Below, one piece after another: positions 39,301-50,308 of a DNA stretch of 64,000 nucleotides. The notes under the pieces are model-generated. The model saw only the letters and a list, made by a program, of their open reading frames with translations, was not told the DNA's origin and did no database searches. How positions within the stretch are numbered: the stretch's first letter is position 1; every line of letters begins with the position of its first letter. A program made the translations under genes and the position numbers. The stretch is from Phoronis australis (taxonomy: Eukaryota > Animalia > Phoronida). The stretch lies in the NCBI GenBank assembly GCA_002633005.1, contig NMRA01000184.1, positions 375,255-439,254 of the forward strand. Reading direction: 5' to 3'.

Positions 39301-41830
39301 CTATCCAATATTGTTCTCTTTTAAGTCTGTGAGGGGTACTGGGGTGTTGGAGTTTTTCTATTATTTGTACAGAAAGATCTTGAATATTATGGTTTTTGGA
39401 ATTGAAATGATTACCTACAGTATCAGAAATGTTTTTATGTATTATGTTAAATCTATGATTACGAAACCGAGTTTGTAGATTATGTTGAGTTTGTCCTACG
39501 TATTGGATAGAACATTTTTTACAAGTTANNNNNNNNNNNNNNNNNNNNNNNNNNNNNNNNNNNNNNNNNNNNNNNNNNNNNNNNNNNNNNNNNNNNNNNN
39601 NNNNNNNNNNNNNNNNNNNNNNNNNNNNNNNNNNNNNNNNNNNNNNNNNNNNNNNNNNNNNNNNNNNNNNNNNNNNNNNNNNNNNNNNNNNNNNNNNNNN
39701 NNNNNNNNAGCACGGAAAGACCGTCACTCAAAACTCATCGTTCACGAAACCAAATCCATACGAAATCAGATGTAGATCAAATCACACAGACAATTTCTGA
39801 TCTATGATACACATGCTTACAATTATTCTGCAACATTTACAGCGAAAGATATTATGAATTTATAACCAGTGGCATTGCCAAAGGCAACAGTGTATATGAA
39901 ATTGAGTTGTCTACCAACAAGCCCACGAAAGGTAGCTTTTAAGTGATGCATTTCTATAACATGGTCACTAGTTTTAAACTCAAACTGCATTGTCAGGTTA
40001 ACAGTCCTTACTCCCATGACAATTTAAACATGAATAAATGACATTTTAAGTCATCCAAAAATTAAGCAAATATTAATAATTCCACGTAACAAACCTTTTG
40101 TGTCATTTTGAGGTACGGTAACATAACAGGGTATATTAATTCTTAAGAAATGGAATTTTGTCTCGTTCTAGAATTTCTGCCTGGGCCCAGTCATTTTGTG
40201 TCGGAGAAACAAACCAAGTCAACAAATAGTTCAAGCTACCGCCAGCTACATAATGTATACCTAAAGGATTAGGGTCCAGAATATTTGTGCGCTAGACTGC
40301 AATGTGTACTTGGCTGGGCAAAATCCAAAATGGTGGACGAAAAAAGGGAACCTCAAAGGGAAGTGAACAATATGAAAACAAAGATGAATCTTCACACACA
40401 AATAGGATGAAATATGAATCTAAGCCTGTAACAACTTGGATTTTTTGACTTTTATACCCCCTCTCCCCACAGTAGGTACTGGAAATTTTAGAAGCAGTCT
40501 GCTATGTATCTCATTTGCTCGAGTGATCATTTTCCTTTTGAAGTGTACCCATCACAGCAGGCAAAGTCTGGCTGGATTAACACTAAGTTCCTGCCTGAAT
40601 AATTGGATTTTACTTGACGCTGGGCCATACATTCATTGAAGAAACTCATGGTTTTTAAACAAAAGGAAATGTACGAATAAAAAATGCCAATATAACTATG
40701 GTAACTTTTTTAAAAACACGGTGTTTGTTCACGCTCTCAAATACATACTTGAGAAAGATCACGATTTTAATCCTCAAAGTTTGTATCAATAGATGCCAAG
40801 TTTGTCGAGAAGGAGAGAGTAATGTATATTGCCAGTTATTGTCCTTTGAATAGTGTAATATTTAACTAATATTTGTTCAGCCAACATTTTCAGGGCTTTA
40901 GTTTTCAATACACAGCAAATAAAGGCAACTCTGTATGTTTGCGTATCAGAATAGACCAAAACTGAGTGGAAATTTGATGACCTCTGTCCCATGGTTTAGA
41001 GCTTTGGATCCTAGACATTAGATGTCTATGCTTTGGACTAAAACAACAGTTTATCACACAAGCACAGAAAACTGAAGCAATTCTGATATCAAACATTTTT
41101 TTTCAGTGTGTTGTTACTTATCAAATTTTAAATTCAAATGCTGAGAAGTTGATCCACTATAATAAGCGAAAATGTTCAATTCCACAGGCCTAAAACCTTT
41201 TTTCTTTACCTAATCAAAATCTTGACGAACTGCAGCAAGTTTTCAGTGCTTTGGAAATTATGAATTCGCCTATATACCTTCAACCAAAAGATTTTTAAGA
41301 AGAGTGTTAACTACTTCATAAATCAAAATTTAAATCAGGGGACATTTTGTATCTCGATGAACCCCCTACCAAACGATTCTGAAACAGTGAAAGGTCCCGA
41401 ATCCAGGGATGGACAATGTAGTCTGTAGACGAATGCCGAATAAAGCCTAAACAATTTCAATTTCTCCTTAAGACAGAAGAATAATTTCTGATAAGGGACA
41501 AAACTATAATTTTATGTTATTAAGTTCCAAAGAAAATTAACACTTCTAAATTTCATAAACCTCGGAAAGCACTGCAAAACAAGTGGGCATTACATTGGAG
41601 CATAGCGCACCTGTGCGAGTAACGTTTCAACATCGGTTGCTCATACATCAAAAACTTACTCGAACAAAGTGATCATTTCATCAGGAAAATATTGAAAATG
41701 AGTTCTAAAAAAATCTGAGATTATTCGCGATTCAGTACTTACCTTGCTCGGCGTTAACTAAGGTAAATATTCCATATAATATCCAAAGAACGGGAAGGCT
41801 CCCACAACACGTCCGCACTCTTCTCGCCAT
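152..41830 (-). CDS. Eph: Eph receptor tyrosine kinase, spliced gene (11 exons in window, 2166 nt / 722 aa; 3' end beyond left edge)
   Basis: Exons 41743-41830, 33218-33294, 18863-19535, 13727-13882, 12038-12218, 8472-8599, 6338-6546, 5070-5263, 4369-4436, 1010-1153, 152-399 join via GT-AG introns with compatible phases (1,0,1,1,2,1,0,2,1,1) into one ORF with the canonical Eph domain order. Confidence 0.96.
1010..1153 (-). CDS. Eph: Eph exon 10, juxtamembrane regulatory tyrosines and kinase start
   Basis: [48 protein letters not shown]; 144 nt, phase 1->1. Confidence 0.97.
2027..2071 (-). CDS. Eph: Putative alternative (cassette) Eph exon, [15 protein letters not shown]
   Basis: Polypyrimidine tract TTCTTTATTCTTTCTCCGCCACTAACAG, GTAAGT donor, 45 nt, symmetric phase 1-1, no stop, GC-rich against an AT-rich intron. 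Confidence 0.7.
4369..4436 (-). CDS. Eph: Eph exon 9, proximal juxtamembrane ([23 protein letters not shown])
   Basis: GTTACAG acceptor, G|GTATGT donor, 68 nt, phase 2->1, required to bridge exons 8 and 10; ends in Y.NGE as in invertebrate Eph receptors. Confidence 0.88.
5070..5263 (-). CDS. Eph: Eph exon 8, end of FN3-2 plus transmembrane helix
   Basis: [13 protein letters not shown]...[27 protein letters not shown]; 194 nt, phase 0->2; this frame is not in the ORF track. Confidence 0.95.
6338..6546 (-). CDS. Eph: Eph exon 7, FN3 domain 2
   Basis: [10 protein letters not shown]...VTLGWNEP...EYDVRYY...[13 protein letters not shown]; 209 nt, phase 1->0. Confidence 0.95.
8472..8599 (-). CDS. 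Eph: Eph exon 6, FN3 domain 1 (C part)
   Basis: [24 protein letters not shown]...SVTT; 128 nt, phase 2->1. Confidence 0.95.
12038..12218 (-). CDS. Eph: Eph exon 5, FN3 domain 1 (N part)
   Basis: QPPSAPRNL...[24 protein letters not shown]...; 181 nt, phase 1->2. Confidence 0.96.
13727..13882 (-). CDS. Eph: Eph exon 4, EGF-like/GCC2-GCC3 Cys-rich repeat
   Basis: PCPVGSYK...CQRCPDHS...[10 protein letters not shown]...ACS; 156 nt, phase 1->1, canonical splice sites. Confidence 0.97.
14039..14185. repeat. Two adjacent ~70-bp GC-rich hairpin/mini-MITE units
   Basis: AGCACTGAAA.AAGTGGGGG..C...AGCCCCC occurs twice; unit 1 has imperfect inverted ends (12/16). Confidence 0.55.
18604..18824. mobile_element. 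Foldback/palindromic MITE-like element just downstream of the Eph exon 3 donor
   Basis: Nested inverted repeats CATGAAAAGTGAC/GTCACCTTTCATG, ATCTCACA/TGTGAGAT, AAATGGTTT/AAACCATTT, CTCGCAA/TTGCGAG around the central palindrome GGAGTATATACTCC (18686-99). Confidence 0.7.
18863..19535 (-). CDS. Eph: Eph exon 3, ephrin-binding domain plus sushi-like Cys-rich region
   Basis: WRETG...NNWLRTPFI...[11 protein letters not shown]...[10 protein letters not shown]...IDTIAGD...INTEVRDV...[21 protein letters not shown]...CACMPGFEP; 673 nt, TTTTCCAG acceptor and GTAAGT donor. Confidence 0.98.
20555..22303. repeat. Near-identical direct duplication (20555-21293 vs 21295-22303) joined at a single N
   Basis: First ~390 bp appear identical, followed by a few substitutions and a 274-bp segment (21730-22003) present only in copy 2; N at 21294. 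Confidence 0.92.
21841..22307. mobile_element. MITE, ~470 bp, TIR CCCTTTCATACTAA...TTAGTATGAAAGGG (family A; PIF/Harbinger-like ends by inference)
   Basis: Perfect 14-bp TIRs; internal sequence alignable with 30426-30920; a partial copy lies at 20991-21292. Confidence 0.8.
28788..28873. repeat. Perfect 43-bp tandem duplication
   Basis: CAGTTCTTGGACGGACAGTTTGTAACAGTTTGGCTAACTTGGC x2. Confidence 0.95.
30426..30920. mobile_element. MITE family A, second diverged copy
   Basis: GCCCTTTCATACTAAC...GTTAGTACGAAAGGGC (15/16 TIR match); shares internal blocks (GGGCCACTG, TTTTGCTTGA, TGTTCTCAAATTGTC, AAGCTGGTAT..AC.ATTCAAATAA) with 21841-22307. Confidence 0.8.
32013..32310 (+). mobile_element. Dispersed non-autonomous DNA-transposon fragment, family B (TTAA-AGG end, Kolobok/piggyBac-like by inference)
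   Basis: Aligns by eye with the reverse complement of 49985-50308 and 57678-57987 (GCTTATTGTTGA, TTGAAGTTAT, GCTTTGACCAGA.CTATAAAACA, CTGAAATCAA, TTTACCAGTTA). Confidence 0.7.
33218..33294 (-). CDS. Eph: Eph exon 2, start of ligand-binding domain ([26 protein letters not shown])
   Basis: TTTCAG acceptor, G|GTGAGT donor, 77 nt, phase 1->0; resembles the Eph 'V.LLDT....L.W' N-terminal strand; embedded in ORF 33104..33394. Confidence 0.9.
39060..39528 (-). mobile_element. Penelope-like retroelement 3' end (GIY-YIG endonuclease C-terminus plus 3' tail), cut by an assembly gap, in Eph intron 1
   Basis: [13 protein letters not shown]...L.TRFRNHR...VGNHFN...H...LSVQIIE...[21 protein letters not shown] (39254-39528) is the typical PLE GIY-YIG pattern; stop-free up to the gap; left boundary approximate. 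Confidence 0.88.
39107..39157 (-). ncRNA. Minimal type I hammerhead ribozyme motif (U3-A8 core variant) in the PLE tail
   Basis: CUG-UU-UUUG UUGAUAA A GGAAGU-UGUU-ACCUCC GAA AAUU U/CAAA-UUU-CAG: stem I UUUG/CAAA plus CUG/CAG, stem II 5 of 6 pairs, palindromic AAUU in place of stem III; ~100 nt after the PLE stop codon. Confidence 0.65.
39529..39708. other. Assembly gap (180 N)
   Basis: Run of N. Confidence 0.99.
41743..41830 (-). CDS. Eph: Eph exon 1, signal peptide [29 protein letters not shown]
   Basis: GAAATGG start context; basic N-region, hydrophobic core and VNA-EQ cleavage site; AG|GTAAGT phase-1 donor that fits exon 2 (AEQ-V-NLTDT). Not in ORF track. Confidence 0.88.
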
Positions 41831-41844
41831 TTCCACTATCTGCT

Positions 41845-41884
41845 TCGACCTCGCGCATGCGTACTCGACCTCATGAATAATTAA
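41845..41884. promoter_or_regulatory. Proximal promoter/5'UTR motif cluster of Eph (NRF1/Ewg-like palindrome, POU4-like site)
   Basis: CGCGCATGCGTA (41852-41863) flanked by two TCGACCTC direct repeats (41845-52, 41865-72), then ATGAATAATTAA (41873-84); 15-55 nt upstream of the ATG. Confidence 0.45.
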
Positions 41885-44043
41885 GCAGGTGATTCTAGTC
41901 CTAGTGGTTCTTTTCAGAGGAGAGAAGGTGTAATGGCCTGTCTTTTGTGAACGGAGCAGTGGTCAATTGAATCATTAGACTGGACGAAATTAAGTCATTT
42001 ACCTGTAGACGGCCATCGACAACTCATTGTTGGAGCAGATAAATGTCGTTAAAAAGACAAGATTGATTCAAAAATTGGCTCAAAGGTGAATCACCTGGGG
42101 GAAATGTTTTTGGCTATTACATAATCCACATCGTAACGCTGTCAAATGTAATTATTTATTTCCATGTTAAATAAATTTGACACAATAAACAGGACACGCA
42201 GAAGCTTGAGATCAATATTAGTTACATGATACCCAATGATTTGTTGGTAACAGGGCGCCAAATTATTGGCTAAAATTGAATAAGATGTAAGTCACCAGTA
42301 GAAAATTAAACTACAATTTGACCAAGATATTAATGAATTTATTGCATGTGTCTATGACGTAGTTGTGATAAATAACTATTTCCCGAATGAAAATCAACAT
42401 CAGTCAAAATTCTAATCGCTAAATCAGAAAAGCCAGTTTGACCTTTTGAAATAAAAAAAAATCAGACGACTGTATCATTTATTTCAAGGCATATTATAAC
42501 GACTCGGTTATAGCATTATCTGGCAAATGTCACGTTCTGTCGTCATCAAGCGTTGAGCAAGCCCAAATCAGTGTAAGTCAATCTAAAAGGCCAATCGCTG
42601 AAATAAAAATGGACAAGATTTTAACGTATTTCGACCAGTGGTAAACACTTTTCCTGAAAACCACCAGTTTGTTTTTCTTTTGGTTAATGAACACTAAACC
42701 CATCACCTGGTTTTCTAAAGATCTTTTCACGTTCCCTTGCATTAGAACTTTCAATTGTTCAACGATTTCAGGGCTTTGAATAGACGTGGATATTCGTATT
42801 TATCCAACGCACACGAGGCGCTAATGCTTCTAACTTTGAAGATTTGTTTTCGTATTGTGACACGGAGCTATTCAGCTGTTTCTGTGCGCACCATTCTTTG
42901 ATGAGTAAAAAAAACTTTCACTAGTTGATTTCTAAAAGATATTTGTAACGTAGGAGTTGACTATTGTGGATTTTACGTAGAACACCTCTAACACGTGTGT
43001 ATATGCAAACAAACGATTGGTTGAACATTTTGGATCGAGTGAAATTTATTTAAGTTAGGAATAGATAATTTATCTATTCAACAAGCAGAAAGTTTTTAAT
43101 ATGCAACTCATTTTCATTGACTGTAAAGAAAGAGAAAACAAATGTTTGATTTTTAATCAAGGGATAAAGAAGTGGCATAGAGTTACTGTGGCCAGTCTAC
43201 GTGCAAACAGAGTCTCAAATTACTGCCAAAACACTATCGATTCGATACATTGCATTGCAACTAAATATTGATTTTCATTGTTTATCACACAATATCTCGG
43301 GGGATTTATACGATTTTCAACTTTCTTATTGGTTCTGAAATTTCCCACTAATGGGTCACGTTGTCTCCGTAGTTAACCTGTGAATGCTTGTATTTACTCT
43401 TCAAGGAAATATGATTCAATGGCACCTCTCTGCAGTGTGTTGACACGCTTCAGCAACACGGCACCTTTTATTTGCACTTCTAAAATTTTCTGTTCGTAAA
43501 AGTGAAAATTTATTGTGATTGGAAGCAATTGCAGGGTTCGGGTTATTGATTTCAGCGCCGGCTTTATTATGAACGCACTTTGCTTCCTAACAAATGAAAA
43601 TTATTTTTATGGCTTTCTAACTCCCGCGGTTGTTGCTGAGTCAACACATGTGAACTGGCAAATATCACTCTGCGCAGGTGATCACCACTAATAGAAAAGG
43701 CGAATAAAGTTAAATATTTGCCAATTATTTTATATAGAAAAAATATCAATTAGGAAGAGCACGTGAGAATAAAAGATCGTATTTTTGAAAAGTGGGAGCC
43801 AGAAAATAACCATTACTACCTTGGCGACAAGAACGTGGGTGAGGTAATTGACCAATTCTCTGAAGGGGATTCATACATTTTCCTGTGTGTTTTGTAAAGG
43901 CGAGAAAACAACATTTCTATTTAATGTCAATTGAAAATGACGTGACACCCAAGTTCTTACACTCACAAGTTCCTCAGCCAATAAAGATGATGTTATCCAG
44001 TAACACCAGCGTGATAAACTGAACTAACGTGTGATACAGGTTG

Positions 44044-44245
44044 CAGAGGCGGGTCTACGGGGGTTCAGGAGGTTTAACCTCCCCTGGACAGAATCAAAAA
44101 TAAAAATTAAAAAAATAGGAAACGAAATCAGCTACAAAAACAAAAAAAAAATCCCCTACCGACCTCCCCCTGCTCGGAGCTACACGCCTCGGATTCGTGC
44201 GGTTCCTAACTCCACACCCTTGCTGAAAACGTAGATCTGCCACTA
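44044..44245. mobile_element. Small MITE with CAGTGGCGGATCT-type TIRs, ~2.2 kb upstream of Eph
   Basis: CAGAGGCGGGTCTACG...CGTAGATCTGCCACTA (12/16 inverted match) with internal G/C tracts. Confidence 0.65.
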
Positions 44246-47200
44246 TATTAAGGCGCTATGTATTAAAACTACTATAATTCCTTTACTTTTGTCTACTTAG
44301 AAAACAGCATGAGTTTTGTCAGCCGAAAAATATCGCTAAAATTAAATATTTCACGAGATACGAATGAATACAAAATTTACATAAAAACCTGGATGTATGA
44401 AGTTCATGAATCATATACAATGCAGTGGGTTTTTAGGGTTTGCGAACACTGAAAATTTAATTTTTATTCTAAACATAGGACCGTGAGCGTAAGTATAAAA
44501 CAAATGAGTGTTTTTGGTAATGAGAAATGCAGAACTGGAGAGTGTCTAAAATAACGGAAATGCCTTCCAAACAGAAAATTCCCTCTATTTAATAAAAATG
44601 TCATTTCCTTACTTTTTTAGACTTATTTTAGCATCCGAAAGTGAAGAAGTCCTCGTCAATTGAATAATTGTGACGGTACTTATTTTTACCACACGGAGCG
44701 TGATTTTTACAATTAAAATGTTTATTCCAATTCTCCTCATCATAGAACACATGCAACCCAACAATAACAAATTCTCGAGTTCATTTTACGCTTTTCCCTT
44801 GTTTCATACAGACCTCAACCTCTATTATATGTTTTTAGGTACACTTGAACCCCACGACACGAGAACCCTTTTTACCGTGACTTCTGCTATCAGATGTTTC
44901 ATTTAGGACAGCGTGGAGATGTCGTACGTATTTTCAACCTAAAGTAAACTTTTTAACCACCAAGGGATAGCACGGAGACCACAAAGTAAATTCTGGTCAC
45001 GACATGAAATGCATACCAGGACCATTCAAACAATTAGCCGAAAGTGTCCTTGTCGTGAGAATTAAAAAATTCACAATCAAGATGGGTTGTTTGATGTTTA
45101 ACACAAGAAAGGCATGCACAAACAATAAGTGTGACAGGTATGTAGTTTTGAGCCGTATTTTTTCTAAATGCACTAGGTGAAGTGTAAAAATTGCAAGCAT
45201 CGACTTGTAGTTTTGTGATATTTTTTCTAAATCAATCCGCTAGATGAAGTGTTAATTAATTTTACATGCCACATGCTGTCTTCTGTGATGGTAACGCTGG
45301 TGCAAACTGTTTCTACAAATGCGTTTTGATATTTCATTTTTAACGTGAGTTTAGTCTCACAGTATTTAATGCACGCACACTCACTAAAGCACGTGTAAAT
45401 TACCGTTTATAATTTAAAATGATTAACGGTTGAATGAAACATTTATTACGTCAGTAATGGGTCGACGTTTTACGCGGATATAGGCTCTAACCGGCTTGAC
45501 TTGCAGACTGTGCAGAAGAGGAACACAAATACGTAATTTAAAGTTCGTTAGGTACAACTGTTGTGGTCAGCTTTGGTTATGCAAAGCAAATATATACATT
45601 GTCTTTAATAAGCAGTGACTTGTGAGGTTTCATACACTTGAAAACAATACCGCATATACTAGCTCTACAAATAATCAGTAGCTAGAGTCATTGTGGAACG
45701 GGTGACAGATGGATTTGTCCTGACAGACTGGTGTGCATTACGGTGGTAAAAAGATTGTTTTATTTATATGACATGTTCAAGGATGTTTATTTCAGGCGCG
45801 AAGAGGTTCAACGCCACCGGTCAGTGTTCAAAAGTGTCAACTTTAACAAGCGCCATGGGTCACTGGTTTCTTCACACAAACATGCCGATTCTTTGTCAAG
45901 AATAACACGAATCTTTCATTAGAACGAATACGTTTTACTGCTTTAGGAATGAACACATTGTGTGCGACCTTGGCATACATTCAAAAAAGGAGTCGGATAC
46001 CGCACAGTTCTCTCCAACATTTTTCAAAACCTAAGGACTCCACACTGAGTAAAGGTGCCCGTGCCGTCTGGTTAAGGGGAACCCCCAGGGTAACCACCAA
46101 TTCCACCATCGGTTGCCACCTCTTACTGACAGTGCCCCAAGTAGCCAAAACTTTTCCAGTAGTTCGAACATCGAGGGGATTTTTAAAGTCATTGGATGGG
46201 AATTTTTGGACCTTAAGAGGAGGGATTTCGCGTGACATTTTAAACTTGTTTGCTTCATTCATCGCCCATCCTATTTTTGGCTTTACTACAACTAAATTAA
46301 CACCCTGGAAATTAATCCTACCGGACACGACAGTACGAAAGATATGTGCAATAAACAAAAAAACGAGCACAATCTGCAATCACCAACCATCTTTCAACCT
46401 AACCACCAACATAATCCAAGACACATTTTTTCTTCATCAAACTCTACCATGTTTTGATAACGTCTACGAAAAAAACAAACAACCGTGATGAATTTAAACA
46501 GCTGCCCAATAAATCCTTTCTTCAGCGTTTCTTGGAACAGCGATGGAAAGGCGAAATGAAGACTAATATATTGCCAAATTATTTATTTCAACTACAGTTA
46601 ACAATGCGAAACAATACAGCAAACGTTTCTGCAGAGCTTAAACTTGAAGACCGTCAAGGCTGCATTTGCACTCACAAATTTAAAAGGTTGTTACAGAACA
46701 TGCGCTCAGAGCACTATGGTTAATCTCCGAATGAGCCCCCCACCAAAAGCCAATGACTTTTTTGAAACATGTTTATCCATACTGAAGGACCATTATAACT
46801 GATTAGTTGTCAACTAAGACGTCGCAGCATTTTTATATCTGTGAGTAGCTAAACTTCTGACATGTGAGTCCTAGGTGACATTTCCAGTCTATGACCGATC
46901 AGTGGGCTACGTGTGGCAATACTTTAAGAAACGGCCCCACCACTTTATTCCGAAGGTGCCTTTTGGGAGCTTTTGTGGACGTAAAACCACTTCGGGGAAA
47001 ATGGGCGTTTCCGAAAGATCCCAAACATTAGCCGAGGTTCAGTTGGTCATAGAAAATTACAAATCTTATGAATTGGAATCTGAGGCCGAAAACAGTCCAC
47101 GAAATTCTAGGCACCATAGTCACGAATTACAAACAGTAAGCAAATGTGACTCGAAGCTAGCACTGACGAAGTGACTCTTCAATGTCAACGCGTTCTTTAT

Positions 47201-47489
47201 CGCGTTCTTTTACTGCTGAAAACTACGCATCAAATTGTGGTCGAAAGTCGTATCAGACACCTAGGTGTAAAATCACTGGATTGATAAACAATGGACAAGC
47301 CTAGAGCAGTACTCAAAACGACAGCGCAGGTCACACTATCGAGCCCCAAAATTAAACAAATATCATTTAAAAAATCAGAATTCGTAATTAAGTAAAACTG
47401 ACCAATGCAGGCAAATAAATTCGAGAACTTAACTAACTGCTCACACACATAAACGCTGCCCTTCCAAGAATACTGTTTCCACACATGTG

Positions 47490-47522
47490 CAAAGCAAAAA
47501 ATACAAATACAAATACTTTATT
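47490..47522 (-). terminator. Probable polyadenylation signal of the ZMAT3-like gene (3'UTR ~3.7 kb, ~47500-51223)
   Basis: AATAAA on minus strand (47517-22) followed by the GU/U-rich element GTATTTGTATTTGTATTTTTTGCTTTG; strand skew and CpG content change at this point. Confidence 0.55.
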
Positions 47523-47932
47523 TGCTAAAAAGAAACATAGTATATGCCCCTAACTAACAACAACTACATCATAACCAGACCTGGGTAAATCAAACAAGTA
47601 ACAGGCAGTTTCAGACTGAAGTGTACCAAGTGTAGCGGATATTACTACATTAAAAATGCAGAGTTACCTATTGTATACAACCTTGTTTTATAACATTCCA
47701 CTAATCAAAATTGCAGCCTTGACCCTAGAAAATACAATTGAGCCAAACAACATAATTCCTCACAGAGCTGAAGTTTCAGCTAACAGAAGCAGACCCCTAC
47801 AAAAACCAGTCGAATGAGTTTAAAGGGAAAAGTCATCGTTTCCAGTCTTATTTTTACTGTAAATACAAATCACCAGTAAACAAAAACAAATTTCAACATC
47901 AAAGCAAACATTCCATGCAACCCTGCAGCCAG

Positions 47933-47972
47933 AGTGTGTGTGTGTGTGTGTGTGGGGGGGGGGGNGGGGGGG
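47933..47972. repeat. (GT)n microsatellite followed by poly-G containing an N
   Basis: Directly visible. Confidence 0.95.
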
Positions 47973-49984
47973 AGACCTTTGTGTAGGCCCCAGATCTGGA
48001 AAATACTGAAGACAAATGAAGAACATTGGTTGAAATTACACCAAGGGCATAATGTAGTACCCTCAACTGGCAAAATGATAGCACAGAACATAGTGATTGT
48101 GGACACAGTCCTTAGTAATGAACAACATGTATTTACAGACAAATCAGGAAATATACATAACTGAAAGTACAGTAACTGAACAAGGCAGACTTACAATTTA
48201 AGAGAGATTATCTGTATATTGGATTATCTAAACTTAGTCACTTTATCATTGAGCAAATGATTAACACAACAGACCTCCAGTCTGGGCTAGCCAAATCTTT
48301 TTACAACAAACAAGCATTTCAGTGGACACACCAATTCGATTTTCCACAAGACTAGAATTAGTAACGTAAGTACTCATTAGGTCTTCCTACCTCGAAATAT
48401 TTTCATACTGCACTGGAATTTTTGCAGTTATCTTTGCTGCAGTTTTGCCGGGCAGCATGCCCATTAAATATGACGACTGAAATGAGTTTAAAGTGACACT
48501 AAATGAGAAAAAAATCTTTCAAGTTGTTTCACGTTTTAACAACATGTCTGAACACAAAAAATAAGGACTGCAAACATGCAACAGAAACCGTGTAGGCAAG
48601 TACAGTGCTCCCTAAGTTGGTATGGAATGGCAGAATTTCAAACTACAATGCATCAAGTTTGAAAAGTGGAACACAGAGAACAACAATCTAGGCCCTGCTG
48701 GATTAGAGAAACACATAATACCAACAAAAGAACCAAAACAAAGGGTTCTACCCAAAAGCAGTTTTTTAATGATGTTAATTAAGATATGTGTCTTAAACAA
48801 GATTAACTCTCAAATTGATCAAGAAGAGACAACTCTGCAACACCCACTTAACAGCACACTTGCTTGCAGTTCAAGATACCAAAGATGGCAACAAAAATTC
48901 CAAGTTTTGTTGAAGAGTAAGACACAATTTCATCATGCAATTAAACTACAACAAAAATGTACAGGACTTCATAAGTGAGGTAATCCAAAGACCCAAATGA
49001 TAGTTTGGTACTTAAAATGTGTGGGAGATGAATCTAGAAATATAAATTTCACCAATCAATTTCATGAAAAACAGTACGAACAAGAATTCTATCTCACCTT
49101 GTAGGAAATAATAATAAACAAAAACCATTAAATATAATCGAGAAATGAAAACCAACAGAATATCAAAAAACAACTGTTTCAAGATTATAACAAATAACTT
49201 TTAGCACTAATTTTCAAACAAGCAGGCAGCACATAGCTTGAAATATCAGGGATATTACAGGAAAAAAACAAAAACTAAATTTCAGTAACAACTAACCCTG
49301 TCTAACTTCTATTCAACAAATCAATCTTTCAAAAGACCTACAGCAGGCTACACAACAGTTGAACTAGTCTAATAAAAATAAACTGTCTAGGTAACATTCT
49401 CACAATGTTCTGGAAGTCCTTTTGCTTGAACAGACACGTCATTTCCTACATAGCACTGTCCTATTCCTGGTCATATCTCACAATTCTAAACCCAAGCCTC
49501 AGTCACACATTAATGTTCTTCCACGCTCTGTTACAACAGGTGTTTTAGCTGGAAGAGCTCAGACGCCATGACAGGGGAGGGGGCCGGGCGGTCACACCTC
49601 CCTAACCCATCTATGATGTCCCCATTTCTATTACACAATCATATTCAGGCTTTTTGAACTATATAAGGACGTGGTCATCTCCTGACACACTCGGCATTTT
49701 ATTACCGGTGTGAGCAAAATTAGTACAAATTTGCCTTTTTCCCGGACCCAGTTACCACTCACATCAGTCTCATCCTTGCCTGAACTTCTGTATGATAAAC
49801 CAACCAGTTGCGTCACAAAAAACGCTCCCTTTCTGTCACTTCACTCCTAACTCCAAATGAGTTTCGATCCTGTTCACGCTTTTTCCGTGAACATATAAGC
49901 AACAGATTTCTGGCAACCACAATGTGTGAAAGAACATCTGTGTGCAATACGGCCATTAAAATGACAGTATAGGGGAGAGAAGTG

Positions 49985-50308
49985 ATTTTTTGAGATCAGC
50001 CCTAATGCGTAATCGAATCCAAAACCTCAGCAGTCGCAGTACAACATTCGACTCTCAGAGCTAAAGCCCACTTGATAAATGGCTGAGCACTTAAGTGTAT
50101 TTAACTGGTAAAGTCGCACACCTTGATTTCAGCGCATGACTGGCAGACAATGATAGTAATAGGCAATTTGTAATAAAATCACAAAAACACAACCGATGTC
50201 CTTGTTTTATAGCTCTGGTCAAAGCTGATAACTTCAACAAGTCTCTCCCAGTCAACAATAAGCCCTAAAATGCATTTTTCGGCCATCAATCCCATAACGT
50301 ACCCTTCA
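49985..50308 (-). mobile_element. Family B repeat copy inside the predicted ZMAT3-like 3'UTR
   Basis: Shares TAAAATCACAAAAACACAAC...AGCTCTGGTCAAAG with 57678-57987; inverted relative to 32013-32310. Confidence 0.7.

Noticed and set aside
39482-39775. ORFs spanning the N run
   Set aside because: Artefacts of translating through the gap; only the GIY-YIG part (39254-39528) is meaningful.
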